A stretch of 64,000 bases of DNA. Origin: a virus. The notes beneath the pieces were generated by a model, which worked only from the letters and a program-made list of their open reading frames with translations, made no database searches and had not been told where the DNA came from. Of this stretch, positions 10,176 through 18,930 are shown in pieces (positions within the stretch are counted from its first letter, which is position 1; each line of letters opens with the position of its first letter). The stretch covers positions 1 through 64,000 of IMG/VR virus record IMGVR_UViG_3300020171_000018. One strand, written 5' to 3'. The position numbers were made by a program, and so were the translations under genes.

Positions 10176-11303
10176 TTACCCTTTTAACAATCGCAGAAGC
10201 TCTCGTACCACCGGCGATACGATGCCATTGCCACAGGCTCTAAGTCGGTCCACCCGATGGGAAGTCCCATTAGCCACTCCACGAATAGGGGATTCAAGCG
10301 ACGGCGCGAGTTCGGGCCATTGGTCGAGGACTCTTGCCCAAGCATCGGTGTCCTGGGGGCCTGGCGGCCAAGCAGACCAGCCGTCGGGGCCCTCTCGGAG
10401 GGGTTCGCCCCGTCCTTGTGGTCGCGGGTTGTCGGGGTTGCCCAAGTCACTGCTTGCACCACCAACTGTTTCTGATGCCCTGAGTCCGTCTGGCGACCGC
10501 TGTGCCGTGCTTCCTCTGCCCTCGGCGTTACCCATTCTTGTGCTGTTAGCCTCAAACCCGTCTCCCCTGGTCTGTCCTTGCCCTTCGTTGTCCTGCCACC
10601 CGTCACATCCCCTTCTAATGGGGTAGGCCATTCGCTTGCCCTTCTGCTCAGAGCCATCCCCGAATCCCGGGAGTTGTACTGCATCCTCTCTTCGGCCCTG
10701 GGAGTCGGCCAAAGTAGACTCGCAGCTTGCAGGTCGCCCCTGTCGTGGGGGCGCGGCAAGCCGTGGTGCTCCACACTTGCTTTCGGCGTCGGCCAAGCAC
10801 CACCACCTGTCCCGCCTGTGGGGTGCTCCGACATCTCTAGCACCCACAACTCCCCATTGGCAGTCATACCCCATCTTGGCAAGGTCAGCCAGAACCTTGT
10901 ACGCATACGCTGGCTGCTCACCTTTGCGGAGCTGGATTCCTGTATTCTCCAAGAGCACGTATCTGGGTTCAATCTCCCCAATAAGACGCGCTGTATCGGG
11001 CCAGAGGTCTCTGGGGTCATCTGCTCCCCTTCGCTTGCCCGCCGTGGAGTGAGGTTGACAGGGGAATCCCGCTGTAAGGAGGTCAACCAGGCCAGCCATT
11101 GGCCTACCGTCAAGCGTTCTTGCATCGTCCCAGATTGGGGCATCATCGAGATACCCGTCTCGGATGCGAACCGCAATGAGCGTTTGCAGGTACGGCTCAA
11201 TCTCGCAGTAGAGGACGGTCTGGAACTGGACTCCGGCAAGGGTGAGGCCAAGCTCGAAGCCCCCATAGCCCGTGTACAGAGAAACATGGGTAAGTACGCC
11301 CAC
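10176..11303 (-). CDS. DNA (cytosine-5) methyltransferase, main subunit
   Basis: Motif I SLYTGYGG, IV GFPCQPHS, VI LLEN, VIII PHRRDRWW, X RLRACGNGIV; no motif IX in this frame. Confidence 0.9.
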   Translation of the reverse strand: MGVLTHVSLYTGYGGFELGLTLAGVQFQTVLYCEIEPYLQTLIAVRIRDGYLDDAPIWDDARTLDGRPMAGLVDLLTAGFPCQPHSTAGKRRGADDPRDLWPDTARLIGEIEPRYVLLENTGIQLRKGEQPAYAYKVLADLAKMGYDCQWGVVGARDVGAPHRRDRWWCLADAESKCGAPRLAAPPRQGRPASCESTLADSQGRREDAVQLPGFGDGSEQKGKRMAYPIRRGCDGWQDNEGQGQTRGDGFEANSTRMGNAEGRGSTAQRSPDGLRASETVGGASSDLGNPDNPRPQGRGEPLREGPDGWSAWPPGPQDTDAWARVLDQWPELAPSLESPIRGVANGTSHRVDRLRACGNGIVSPVVRELLRLLKG

Positions 11304-11305
11304 AT
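10184..11305 (-). CDS. Overlapping alternative-frame methyltransferase subunit with WPTP repeats and motif IX-like C-terminus (true start probably internal)
   Basis: Open for 373 aa; five W(P/V/A)TP repeats; RRLNPLFVEWLMGLPIGWT. Confidence 0.75.
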   Translation of the reverse strand: MWAYLPMFLCTRAMGASSLASPLPESSSRPSSTARLSRTCKRSLRFASETGISMMPQSGTMQERLTVGQWLAWLTSLQRDSPVNLTPRRASEGEQMTPETSGPIQRVLLGRLNPDTCSWRIQESSSAKVSSQRMRTRFWLTLPRWGMTANGELWVLEMSEHPTGGTGGGAWPTPKASVEHHGLPRPHDRGDLQAASLLWPTPRAEERMQYNSRDSGMALSRRASEWPTPLEGDVTGGRTTKGKDRPGETGLRLTAQEWVTPRAEEARHSGRQTDSGHQKQLVVQAVTWATPTTRDHKDGANPSERAPTAGLLGRQAPRTPMLGQESSTNGPNSRRRLNPLFVEWLMGLPIGWTDLEPVAMASYRRWYESFCDC

Positions 11306-12022
11306 CTACCGAGCCTTTCCGCGCACATCCGTCTTTGACAGCAGGCGCACCCCAGGTATGCTTAGCGCGCCCCTCTGCGCTCGGGCGGCTGCGTTCAACG
11401 CTACCATGCTGGGTTCCAAGTAGACCAACAATCCAGGGTTCTGAGCTGCCGCCTTCACAAGAGCTGAGAAGTCCGTGACCTCCGCTGCATAGGTGGTGAC
11501 TGATACCACGTCTGACCGCTTCTCATAGGTGGGCTCTACTTTGGCAACCTGCTCCACCACTAGGGGTTGTGCGAGTTCGGCGTCCACGGACTCCTGAGTG
11601 ACCCCTCGCATCAACGCCTCTGCCGCCCTGTCCCACTGTTCCTCTTGGGCTATCCGGCGCGCCTCTGCCTCCAAGGCCCGCTGAGCCTCTAGGCGTACCC
11701 GCTCTTGCTCCCTGAGCCATCCCCCAATTTTGTCTTTTAGGAGCCGCTCAGCATCGTCTAGGGGGCCGTCAAGCCGCTTCTTGGCCTCAAGGTTCATCTT
11801 CCAGTTGTCGTGGGCACTCTTGATAAGGGGGTCATGGTGCTCGGCAATCTGGCGCCTGATGCGCTTCACCACGGCATTCAGCAGGTCGCTGGCGTAGTCA
11901 AAGGTCTGCTGGTCTACTACTTGGACTAAGCGCACTCGGTCAGCTAGGCTCCGTACCTCTGTCTGGATTGGCTCGATGGCCTGGGTTTGGGCCTGTGTGG
12001 TCTGGGCCTGAGTCTGTGTCAT
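11306..12022 (-). CDS. Coiled-coil phage protein (Gp157/Gam-like)
   Basis: Long helical region ending ..EVTDFSAL..LSIPGVR; AAGGAGG RBS. Confidence 0.55.
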   Translation of the reverse strand: MTQTQAQTTQAQTQAIEPIQTEVRSLADRVRLVQVVDQQTFDYASDLLNAVVKRIRRQIAEHHDPLIKSAHDNWKMNLEAKKRLDGPLDDAERLLKDKIGGWLREQERVRLEAQRALEAEARRIAQEEQWDRAAEALMRGVTQESVDAELAQPLVVEQVAKVEPTYEKRSDVVSVTTYAAEVTDFSALVKAAAQNPGLLVYLEPSMVALNAAARAQRGALSIPGVRLLSKTDVRGKAR

Positions 12023-12259
12023 GGGGCCCTCCTTCCTTTATGGTATTCGTACAATAGTGGGCTTCACGATACGCCCAAAGATGCTGTAGCAGTCACAGTC
12101 TTTGCACTTAGCCCTCCTGTGGAACAGGGGCCACCTGTGGCTGCATGGGCACTGGTCAAGCTCCGCACAGTTGAGTTTGGGTATCTGGTTGCTAGGCTGA
12201 TGTTGTCCCCACTTCCATAGACGAATCACGCGGGCCTCCTTCTATTTTGTGTCATGCAG

Positions 12260-12538
12260 TTACTCCTTCTTTATACCAAGTTTACGCTTTATCCAATCTG
12301 GGAAGCCCTTCCTTGGCTGAATGGGTGGCTGAATGGGCGCAGGGTCATCCCGATGCTCAATCACATAGAGCACTTCAGCATCTGTTATCTGTTGACCATA
12401 GAACCAATACGTTCCGTCCTTTCGCTTGTGAATACCCGTGTATCCAGGATGGGCAGGAATGTTGCCGTTGATGTCAAAGATTCCCTCTTCCATCATCTGC
12501 TGCCGTTCTCTCAGTGTAACCTCACGATACTCTGTCAT
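12260..12538 (-). CDS. Hypothetical protein
   Basis: 92 aa, AGGAGG RBS, ATGA overlap. Confidence 0.5.
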   Translation of the reverse strand: MTEYREVTLRERQQMMEEGIFDINGNIPAHPGYTGIHKRKDGTYWFYGQQITDAEVLYVIEHRDDPAPIQPPIQPRKGFPDWIKRKLGIKKE

Positions 12539-12891
12539 GTGGCCCTCCTTCCTGATCTTGACCGTTTCTTGGTTCTTGGCGCGGACATCAGTTTGAGCAA
12601 CGGCCCTATCCCCAACCCCTCCGCCTCCTCCTGAGCCACTATACCCATGCCCACCGCTACCCTTCTGAGCTCCACCACCACCTGTTTGGAGACCGCTGCC
12701 GCCCCAATTACGAACTCTGCCACCGCTGCCTGGGTCTCAGGGGTGGTGCTCTTGAGCAGGGCCTTAAGGGCAGACTTGGCCGCAGCTCGGATTCTTGGGT
12801 CAGAGTAGAACTGGCCCAAGTCTGAGAGAGGGGGCTTGTCTTGGCGCTGATTAGGCATAGGGCTTCTCAGGTGCAGGGACTGCTGGGCCAC
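12535..12891 (-). CDS. Hypothetical protein
   Basis: 118 aa in a tightly packed operon. Confidence 0.45.
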   Translation of the reverse strand: MAQQSLHLRSPMPNQRQDKPPLSDLGQFYSDPRIRAAAKSALKALLKSTTPETQAAVAEFVIGAAAVSKQVVVELRRVAVGMGIVAQEEAEGLGIGPLLKLMSAPRTKKRSRSGRRAT

Positions 12892-13192
12892 TCTCTTCTA
12901 GGAACATATGCTTATGCAGTAGTAGTCGGAGGCGTTGGAACCAGCCTCGCTTCCGGGGATGCTCTATGGTTTCCCCGTTTGGCAGGAGTTCCAAGGAGTC
13001 CCCACAGAAACAATGGAGCCGTGTGTGTGGCAGCAAGGGCAATTGGGGCTGGGGCTTGCTAATTGCCACGAGAACTCGTCGTAACTCTTCCGAGGATAGG
13101 TTACTCGTGGCCTTGACCGCTGCATAGCCAAGGGCACAAGCTAGAACAAAGATTCCCAAGTCCACAATGGTTGTGTCGCTACTCCTGCTCAT
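12851..13192 (-). CDS. Hypothetical membrane-anchored protein with CxC motif
   Basis: N-terminal TM segment, HCFCG. Confidence 0.45.
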   Translation of the reverse strand: MSRSSDTTIVDLGIFVLACALGYAAVKATSNLSSEELRRVLVAISKPQPQLPLLPHTRLHCFCGDSLELLPNGETIEHPRKRGWFQRLRLLLHKHMFLEESGPAVPAPEKPYA

Positions 13193-13823
13193 TTTCTTCC
13201 TCTTTCTCCTTCAACCCCTCCTCCCCTGTTGGCGCAGACGTGGGGGCGGGGGGCTCTATTATCCCCATCTCACCCAACGATGCGTCCCAAGGGTGCCCTG
13301 TCAGCAGTATCTCCACACAGTAGGCTGCATCCCTGGGTAGGCCCGTGCGAATTAGCGCCGTGGCGTCCCTCATGTCCATTCTCCTGACCCCCAGGGCATC
13401 GAACAGGGCCGGGAGGTAAAGGGCCGTCTTGTCGTCGCCGGACGTGCAACTCTCCGCCCGGCTGAGGATGTAGGTAGCGAACTCCTCCAAGAGGGCTAGG
13501 CGCGGGGATACAGGGGGCACCGGCGGGCGCTCTGGGGGAGGCGGCTCTTGGCGAACAGGGGTGCCTATGGTGATGGGCACAAGGGCCGTTTCCCCTGGGG
13601 CCAAGGAGGACATCATTACCACCTCAGAGACACTGCCCAGAGAACTCAGTGGAGCGGCCTCCTCTATTAGATGGGCCGAGACCCCATCTGGCCCGTTCTT
13701 GGTAACGAGGAGCATCTTGGTGCTGGTGTGGTTCGTCAGGGGTACACGCACTATTTCGTACATGGGTCCCTCCTGCGTCTGAGTGGCGTCGCGGTTCACT
13801 TCTGCGGCATCTTGGCTAGACAA
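13179..13823 (-). CDS. Hypothetical protein
   Basis: 214 aa with Pro-rich linker. Confidence 0.45.
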   Translation of the reverse strand: MSSQDAAEVNRDATQTQEGPMYEIVRVPLTNHTSTKMLLVTKNGPDGVSAHLIEEAAPLSSLGSVSEVVMMSSLAPGETALVPITIGTPVRQEPPPPERPPVPPVSPRLALLEEFATYILSRAESCTSGDDKTALYLPALFDALGVRRMDMRDATALIRTGLPRDAAYCVEILLTGHPWDASLGEMGIIEPPAPTSAPTGEEGLKEKEEENEQE

Positions 13824-14083
13824 GCCTCGTGGCGATAGTCATTCGCCCCGACCTTTCTAACAGGGCTGCCCCCCTTCTGGCCGACATTCTGGTGGCACTT
13901 GGAGCAGGATATGTAGGTGCGAATGGGCTTCTGCCTCCTGGGGGGTTGGAGAGCCTCCTGTCCCATGGAGGCCTGCTGGGGTGTTGGCGTCCCCGCCTCA
14001 GTGGGCACCGTTACCTTGACCTTGCTCCGCAGGCGATAGAGTACAGACTTGAGCCAGAATATGAGCCGAGAGAATGGATTCAT
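13796..14083 (-). CDS. Small Zn-finger-like protein
   Basis: CSKCH...HEAC; ATGA overlap with the recombinase stop. Confidence 0.45.
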   Translation of the reverse strand: MNPFSRLIFWLKSVLYRLRSKVKVTVPTEAGTPTPQQASMGQEALQPPRRQKPIRTYISCSKCHQNVGQKGGSPVRKVGANDYRHEACLAKMPQK

Positions 14084-15003
14084 GGGTTCCCTCCTTCTAC
14101 ACCTTTCTGCATTCGCTCCTGACTGGGGTGGTCATATATGTCCAGTGTGGTCTTCACCGAGGCGTGCCCCAGCAGCTCCTTGACCACCTTCCAGTCATGC
14201 CCAGTGGCCTCGATTGCCTCGGTTGCGAAGGTGTGCCTCAGCATGTGAGGGTGCAGGCTAGGGATGTCCGCCTTCTTACCGTAGGACTTGACCTTCTTTC
14301 GGATAGCAGAGGTGGTGTAGCGGGTGCCGCGACTGCTAATGAACAGGGGAGCTTGAGGGTCTTTGTTGGTAGCCTCTGTCCTCTGTAGGAAGTAGGGTAT
14401 CAGCACATCCTCCAAGGCAGCAGCAATGGGTAGGGTGCGCTCCTTGCCCCCCTTGCCCATGACCACCAGCTCGTGGCGCACCCCCTCATCGGTTTGGAAA
14501 GGATGAACGCTGCCCAGATTGAGGTTGACCAGCTCCTGCTCCCTGACGCCGGTGTGGGCCAGGGTCATTATCATTGGGTAGTCGGCACCCTTACCCAACT
14601 TCTCCACCGTCCAGAGCAGCCTGTTACGCCTCTGAGGGGTGAGCACTACGGGGTTGCGAACCACCCTGCCCAGTGGTTGGATTCTGGTAGCTGGGCTGCG
14701 GTCAAGGCCCCGCTCCTCCACTAACCAGGTGAAAAATTTGCGGATGGAGACAAGGCGCCTGTTGATGGTAGCTACAGCCTTGATTGACCTCATGGAGTCA
14801 CGGTAAGTGCGAATGTCGGCTGGAGAGCAGTGTGCGGGGTCAAAACTCTCCTTGAGGGCAACCTGATACCACCTTATGAACTCCTGGAGGTCAGTTGAGT
14901 AGGCTTCTTGGGTCAGGGGCGAGAGGTGGCCACAGGCTGAGGCGATGAACTGCGCTGGCCAGGTTAGAGACTCAAGTTGGGTGAACCTTGGGCTAGTCAT
15001 CAT
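14080..15003 (-). CDS. Tyrosine recombinase (XerC/D-like integrase or resolvase)
   Basis: N-terminal SAM-like domain (SPLTQEAY..ATINRRLVSIRKFF); catalytic HTGVR, GKGGKER, HMLRHTFAT, LLGHASVKTTLDIY. Confidence 0.92.
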   Translation of the reverse strand: MMTSPRFTQLESLTWPAQFIASACGHLSPLTQEAYSTDLQEFIRWYQVALKESFDPAHCSPADIRTYRDSMRSIKAVATINRRLVSIRKFFTWLVEERGLDRSPATRIQPLGRVVRNPVVLTPQRRNRLLWTVEKLGKGADYPMIMTLAHTGVREQELVNLNLGSVHPFQTDEGVRHELVVMGKGGKERTLPIAAALEDVLIPYFLQRTEATNKDPQAPLFISSRGTRYTTSAIRKKVKSYGKKADIPSLHPHMLRHTFATEAIEATGHDWKVVKELLGHASVKTTLDIYDHPSQERMQKGVEGGNP

Positions 15004-15182
15004 ACACGTCTTCGCCCAATGGCGTAGGCTATCTCTGCAGAGAGCATACCTAAGCCACCGACTATTGCACCGGCCACTGCATTAGCGGCCATCCTGTTAC
15101 CAATGCCCCAGAGAGCCTGTGTTGCACCAACAGCGGCTATGACCAAGATGATACCTACTACTACACCAACCCGAAAGGGCAT
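15000..15182 (-). CDS. Small two-TM membrane protein
   Basis: 60 hydrophobic aa, GGAGG RBS. Confidence 0.5.
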   Translation of the reverse strand: MPFRVGVVVGIILVIAAVGATQALWGIGNRMAANAVAGAIVGGLGMLSAEIAYAIGRRRV

Positions 15183-15212
15183 TCCAACCTCCCCTCAGTT
15201 CCTTCTAAGCAA

Positions 15213-15575
15213 CTATGCCGCCACAAAGCACAGGGCATCGTAGATACGCTTAATCAGGGCTCTGTCTATGTCCACATCCAGTCCTACTACAATGCACACT
15301 CCATCCTCATGGCGGAACACATTGGCGTAGGCCAGGTCATTACTGATACTCAACCAGTGTGTAAGCACCCTCCGCTCCAATACCATCCCCAGGCCGCAGG
15401 GCCAGCCTTTGGGGGGCATGGATTCGTTGTCTCGCATTCGGGACTCCCAGCGGCCCTCGGGATGAAGACCAAGCCCCTTGATGGCCCCCATTATCTCACC
15501 CCTGCTGAATGAGCGGCGTATCGTCAGTTGCGTACCCACTTCCTTGCTCAGTTCCCTCGTGCTTATCGTGTTCAT
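15213..15575 (-). CDS. Hypothetical protein
   Basis: 120 aa, AGGAGG RBS. Confidence 0.5.
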   Translation of the reverse strand: MNTISTRELSKEVGTQLTIRRSFSRGEIMGAIKGLGLHPEGRWESRMRDNESMPPKGWPCGLGMVLERRVLTHWLSISNDLAYANVFRHEDGVCIVVGLDVDIDRALIKRIYDALCFVAA

Positions 15576-15587
15576 TGGGCCTCCTAC

Positions 15588-15860
15588 TTAGTTCCTTCTG
15601 AGTAGCATCGTGAACTCCCACCCATCCAACAACTTCCCGGCCAGCAGACTCCCCACGGCGTACTCCACTGCCATCCTGGCCACCCCTGAATACCCCGGGT
15701 GCAGCACGATTGGCGGGAGCACGATTACAGGCGTCTCAGCCTCTACGTCCATCAACAAGCCGAGGTCATCCATGTTCAGGCCAAGATGCACTTCTACCTC
15801 CCGACCTGACCTCTGGGTGATTTTAGACTTGATGCCCGCTAAGAACTTCTCATCGTCCAA
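15588..15860 (-). CDS. Hypothetical protein
   Basis: 90 aa, AGGAG upstream of a TTG start. Confidence 0.45.
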   Translation of the reverse strand: MDDEKFLAGIKSKITQRSGREVEVHLGLNMDDLGLLMDVEAETPVIVLPPIVLHPGYSGVARMAVEYAVGSLLAGKLLDGWEFTMLLRRN

Positions 15861-15877
15861 AGGTGCCGCTCCTACCT

Positions 15878-16312
15878 TTACGGGTCAGCCGTGCAGTAAT
15901 GAGTAGGATACCTGATAGCCATGCCGCACCTACCGCACTGGTAGGGAAAGCTCCCAGACGGCTCTGCGGCCTTCGTTGAGGGCCAGACTTGGGTGTGCAA
16001 GCGCCACAGAGCCAAGAACTCGTCTGAGTCCTGGAGCATCTTTTGCTCGTGAAGTGCTCTGTCCATTGGGCCTCCTTTCGTTCTACCACCGAGGCTAACT
16101 GTAGGGGTGGCTATAGGGGTGGGATCCCCTGACTCCTCTACTGTGTGCCCGCTGCCCCCGAATCGCCTCTGGAGGTCCGCCCCGTATGCCTCCGCCTCCC
16201 CCCGGGAGGCGAATCGAATCCCCGGGTTGAACCTTGGTGGGAGCATCCGCAAGACCTCAGACGCATCCCCGACGTACAACCGAGCCTGACCCACCGTGGC
16301 CTGTAGCCTCAT
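15878..16312 (-). CDS. Mosaic hypothetical protein
   Basis: LYVGDASEVLRMLP (like an MTase N-terminus), RFASRGEAEAYG module, C-terminal CGRCG. Confidence 0.45.
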   Translation of the reverse strand: MRLQATVGQARLYVGDASEVLRMLPPRFNPGIRFASRGEAEAYGADLQRRFGGSGHTVEESGDPTPIATPTVSLGGRTKGGPMDRALHEQKMLQDSDEFLALWRLHTQVWPSTKAAEPSGSFPYQCGRCGMAIRYPTHYCTADP

Positions 16313-17229
16313 GCCCGCACCTTCTTACGCTCCCGATGTCCCTGAGCTGACATGGCAACCTTGGGCCTGCCCGTTGACCCGTCCAAGGCACTCCGTAACG
16401 ATGATAGCCTTGGGAGTCGAGCCTTGCACACATCCAACACTGTTGGGGGCTGGTAGGCCAAATCATGTCTCCTGCACCAGTCCTGATAAACCGTAGGAGC
16501 ATCCAGCCCCACGGACCTACAGAGGAGCCAGAAGCAGGGGTCTTGAACCTGCCCAATGCCATCCAGTAGGGCCTCTCGAATGAGCTGCCCCATGAGGCGT
16601 AGCACGGACTCCTCCTCAAATTGCCAGCCAGCATTAGTGAGCATTCTAGCGCAGAACGGGCAGAGATTCAGAGTCACCAAGCCTGCCCCACGCTCCAAAA
16701 CTGTGATTGAACTGGTGAGGGCGTTTGAGTGGTTGAGACCCACCAGACACCCACAACCCTGACAATAGAGATGTTGTGTCAACGGAACATCGCAGATTTC
16801 GCAGGCTCTGGGTGCCTTTGGGACGCCCGGAGTGGGGACGCTGACCGCTGCTATCCTTGTCAGGTCTATGAACTGCCCGGTCAGCAGCCCAGCAGCAATT
16901 CCGATGTGTGGGGGTGGGAAGCAGAACACGCCGTCTAGGAGCCGGGCCCAAAGGACCCGCCATTTCACAGCACCGTCGTAGCCCAAGCGTTCTGATAGTG
17001 CCGTGGAGTTGGGGTTGATGCTGTGACCCTGGGCGGTCAGGGACTTCAGAATGCGCTCTCGGGCCCGTGGGAGCCTCTGGGCGTCTATTGAGCGCATCCA
17101 ACGGGCAAGGCCCTCCCAGCTCCTCATTCGGCGGGGGAGGTGCTTGACAGAGGCCGGGGAGTCGTCTGGGATTCGATAGACCTTCCAGATGAGCGTGGGA
17201 GCGGGCGTAGGTGGCAGTGTCGCGGTCAT
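16309..17229 (-). CDS. Multi-CxxC (Zn-binding) protein directly downstream of the RAMP gene
   Basis: ATG 17229 lies 1 nt after the RAMP stop; CEIC, CQGC and CPFC motifs. Confidence 0.6.
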   Translation of the reverse strand: MTATLPPTPAPTLIWKVYRIPDDSPASVKHLPRRMRSWEGLARWMRSIDAQRLPRARERILKSLTAQGHSINPNSTALSERLGYDGAVKWRVLWARLLDGVFCFPPPHIGIAAGLLTGQFIDLTRIAAVSVPTPGVPKAPRACEICDVPLTQHLYCQGCGCLVGLNHSNALTSSITVLERGAGLVTLNLCPFCARMLTNAGWQFEEESVLRLMGQLIREALLDGIGQVQDPCFWLLCRSVGLDAPTVYQDWCRRHDLAYQPPTVLDVCKARLPRLSSLRSALDGSTGRPKVAMSAQGHRERKKVRA

Positions 17230-17230
17230 G

Positions 17231-17971
17231 CTAACCCTCGCCCACCTGCACATCGCCCCAAACATCAGCGGGCTCCACTACTGTGGCCTCCCCCAACTCG
17301 AAGGTGTAGCGCCCCATGCCGCGACCTCGGCCACCCCCAATGCCGTGGATGGCCCCGTAGTTCAGGATGGACCCCAGTATAGACCGCCCCCCTTTCCCCG
17401 CCCACCGGGGGTCGTTGACCACATAGAGCCTGAACTGTAACTCTACCCCCAGTGCGAACTCGGCGCGGCGGATGCTGCTTATCCTGCCCATCTTGTACAC
17501 ATCGGAGTGGGCAGGCCACGTCTCCACCTCTACCTTGCAGCCCGCCGGGAGGTAGATGCGCTCGGGCCGCACGAACACCGTCCGAGTGATGAGCTGCTGG
17601 AGGCCCCAGATGCCCAGCGCACGCGACAGGGCCTCACCACAATCTCTGAGGTGACCGCGGACGAAGTTGTCGTGGATGAACGGGTGCTGCTGTTCATCCC
17701 GGCGGAACACCGCCATCGGCTCTGGGGGCGGTTCGGCGGCGCCAGCCTCCTGCTCGACCTGCGCCTTGAGCTCATCCATTGGCTTGATGGGTTCCCCAGC
17801 CGCCAACCGAGCCGCTAGATCCGGCTCGCTGGGTTGGTTCCGCAACTGGTATGCAATGCTCTCCGGGTTGCTCGCCGTCGTGGCGTGCAGGGGACCGCGC
17901 ATCGTGAGGGTCACTGGGTATCTTGTGAACTTGAGTTCCTTGATTTCCTTGGGCTCCTTTGTCTCTGCCAT
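17231..17971 (-). CDS. Stand-alone Cas7/RAMP-superfamily protein (VIPR-like)
   Basis: N-terminal strand YPVTLTMRGPLHA, PFIHDNFVRGHLRD helix, late strand ELQFRLYV, C-terminal Gly-rich loop YGAIHGIGGGRGRGMGRY; AAGGAGG RBS. Confidence 0.8.
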   Translation of the reverse strand: MAETKEPKEIKELKFTRYPVTLTMRGPLHATTASNPESIAYQLRNQPSEPDLAARLAAGEPIKPMDELKAQVEQEAGAAEPPPEPMAVFRRDEQQHPFIHDNFVRGHLRDCGEALSRALGIWGLQQLITRTVFVRPERIYLPAGCKVEVETWPAHSDVYKMGRISSIRRAEFALGVELQFRLYVVNDPRWAGKGGRSILGSILNYGAIHGIGGGRGRGMGRYTFELGEATVVEPADVWGDVQVGEG

Positions 17972-17994
17972 GTCCTACCCTCCTTAGCTATTTT

Positions 17995-18930
17995 GCTCTA
18001 TCCGTTCCGCTCCTGTCCTATCCAGTCGCCAGCCTAGCCCCGCCTTTCCTGCCCTAACCGTCCGCCGTCCTGACCGTTCCCATCTTGGCCGACCGCCACT
18101 TGGCCCATGCCGGCCCCAGCCCGCCCGTTCGTCGCCCTGACCACGCCCACCTCGCCCTACCCGTTCGCCAGCCTACCCTCTCCTCGCCAATCTGCTCGCC
18201 TACCCATCCTGTCCCTGCCGTACCGTCCCCAACCCTTCCGTTCGCCGCCCTGACCGTGCCTGACCTAACCGTCCCACGCCAGCCGCCTTCCTGCCCTTGT
18301 CTCGCTAACCCTGCCCTCTCGCCAGCCTGACCAGCCTCAGCCCAGCCCGTCCGCCCGCCAACCCGTCCGCTCCGTCCCCGGCCTCCCGCCAGCCTGTCCT
18401 CTCCCGACCATTCGCCAGCCTGCCCATCCCTGGCCCCTCCCACCCTCTCACCAGCCTACCCGGACCGACCCTCACCTAACGCCAGCCCAACCTCTCCCAT
18501 CCCGCCCTTTCGCAGCCTTTCCATCCCATCCCCATCGCCTACCCTACCCAATCCTCGCCTGCCCCATCGCCGACCTGCCCTTCCGCCAGCCCAGCCCTGC
18601 CGGCCCCACACCGCCCCGGCCGCCAACCTCACCAAGCCGCACGTCCCCTTTCCTACCGCCAGCCTGTCCTATCCTATCCAGTCCCGACCTAGCGTAGCGC
18701 CTCCGTGGCCGCTCCGCCCGTGTCGCTTCGCCGCCCGTACCCGACCTTGCCAAGCCCATCGCCAGCCTATCTTAGCCTGACCTATCGACTCGCCGCCCTA
18801 CCCCCTCTTGCCCGTCCGCCATCCTATCCGCACCCTCCTAGCCCCTGCCGTTCGTCAGCCTACCCTCTCCTGACTACCCTATGCCCGACCTTCCGCCTAC
18901 CTAGCCCATCCAGCCCTACCCTAGCGCCAC
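17995..18930 (-). repeat. Non-canonical array of roughly 27-30 units with 5-nt GG-NNN periodicity, each closed by GGCTGGCG-like motifs (candidate guide-RNA array)
   Basis: On + strand CC recurs every 5 nt between CGCC(AG)CC boundaries, e.g. 18027 cgcc ag cc tag cc ccg cc ttt cc tgc cc taa cc gtc; no credible ORF. Confidence 0.85.

Noticed and set aside
14080-15003. att site or prophage boundary near the recombinase
   Set aside because: Viral-type genes continue on both sides; no tRNA or flanking direct repeat was seen
17995-18930. Canonical CRISPR array
   Set aside because: No identical 23-47-bp repeats separated by unique spacers; conservation is interleaved at a 5-nt period
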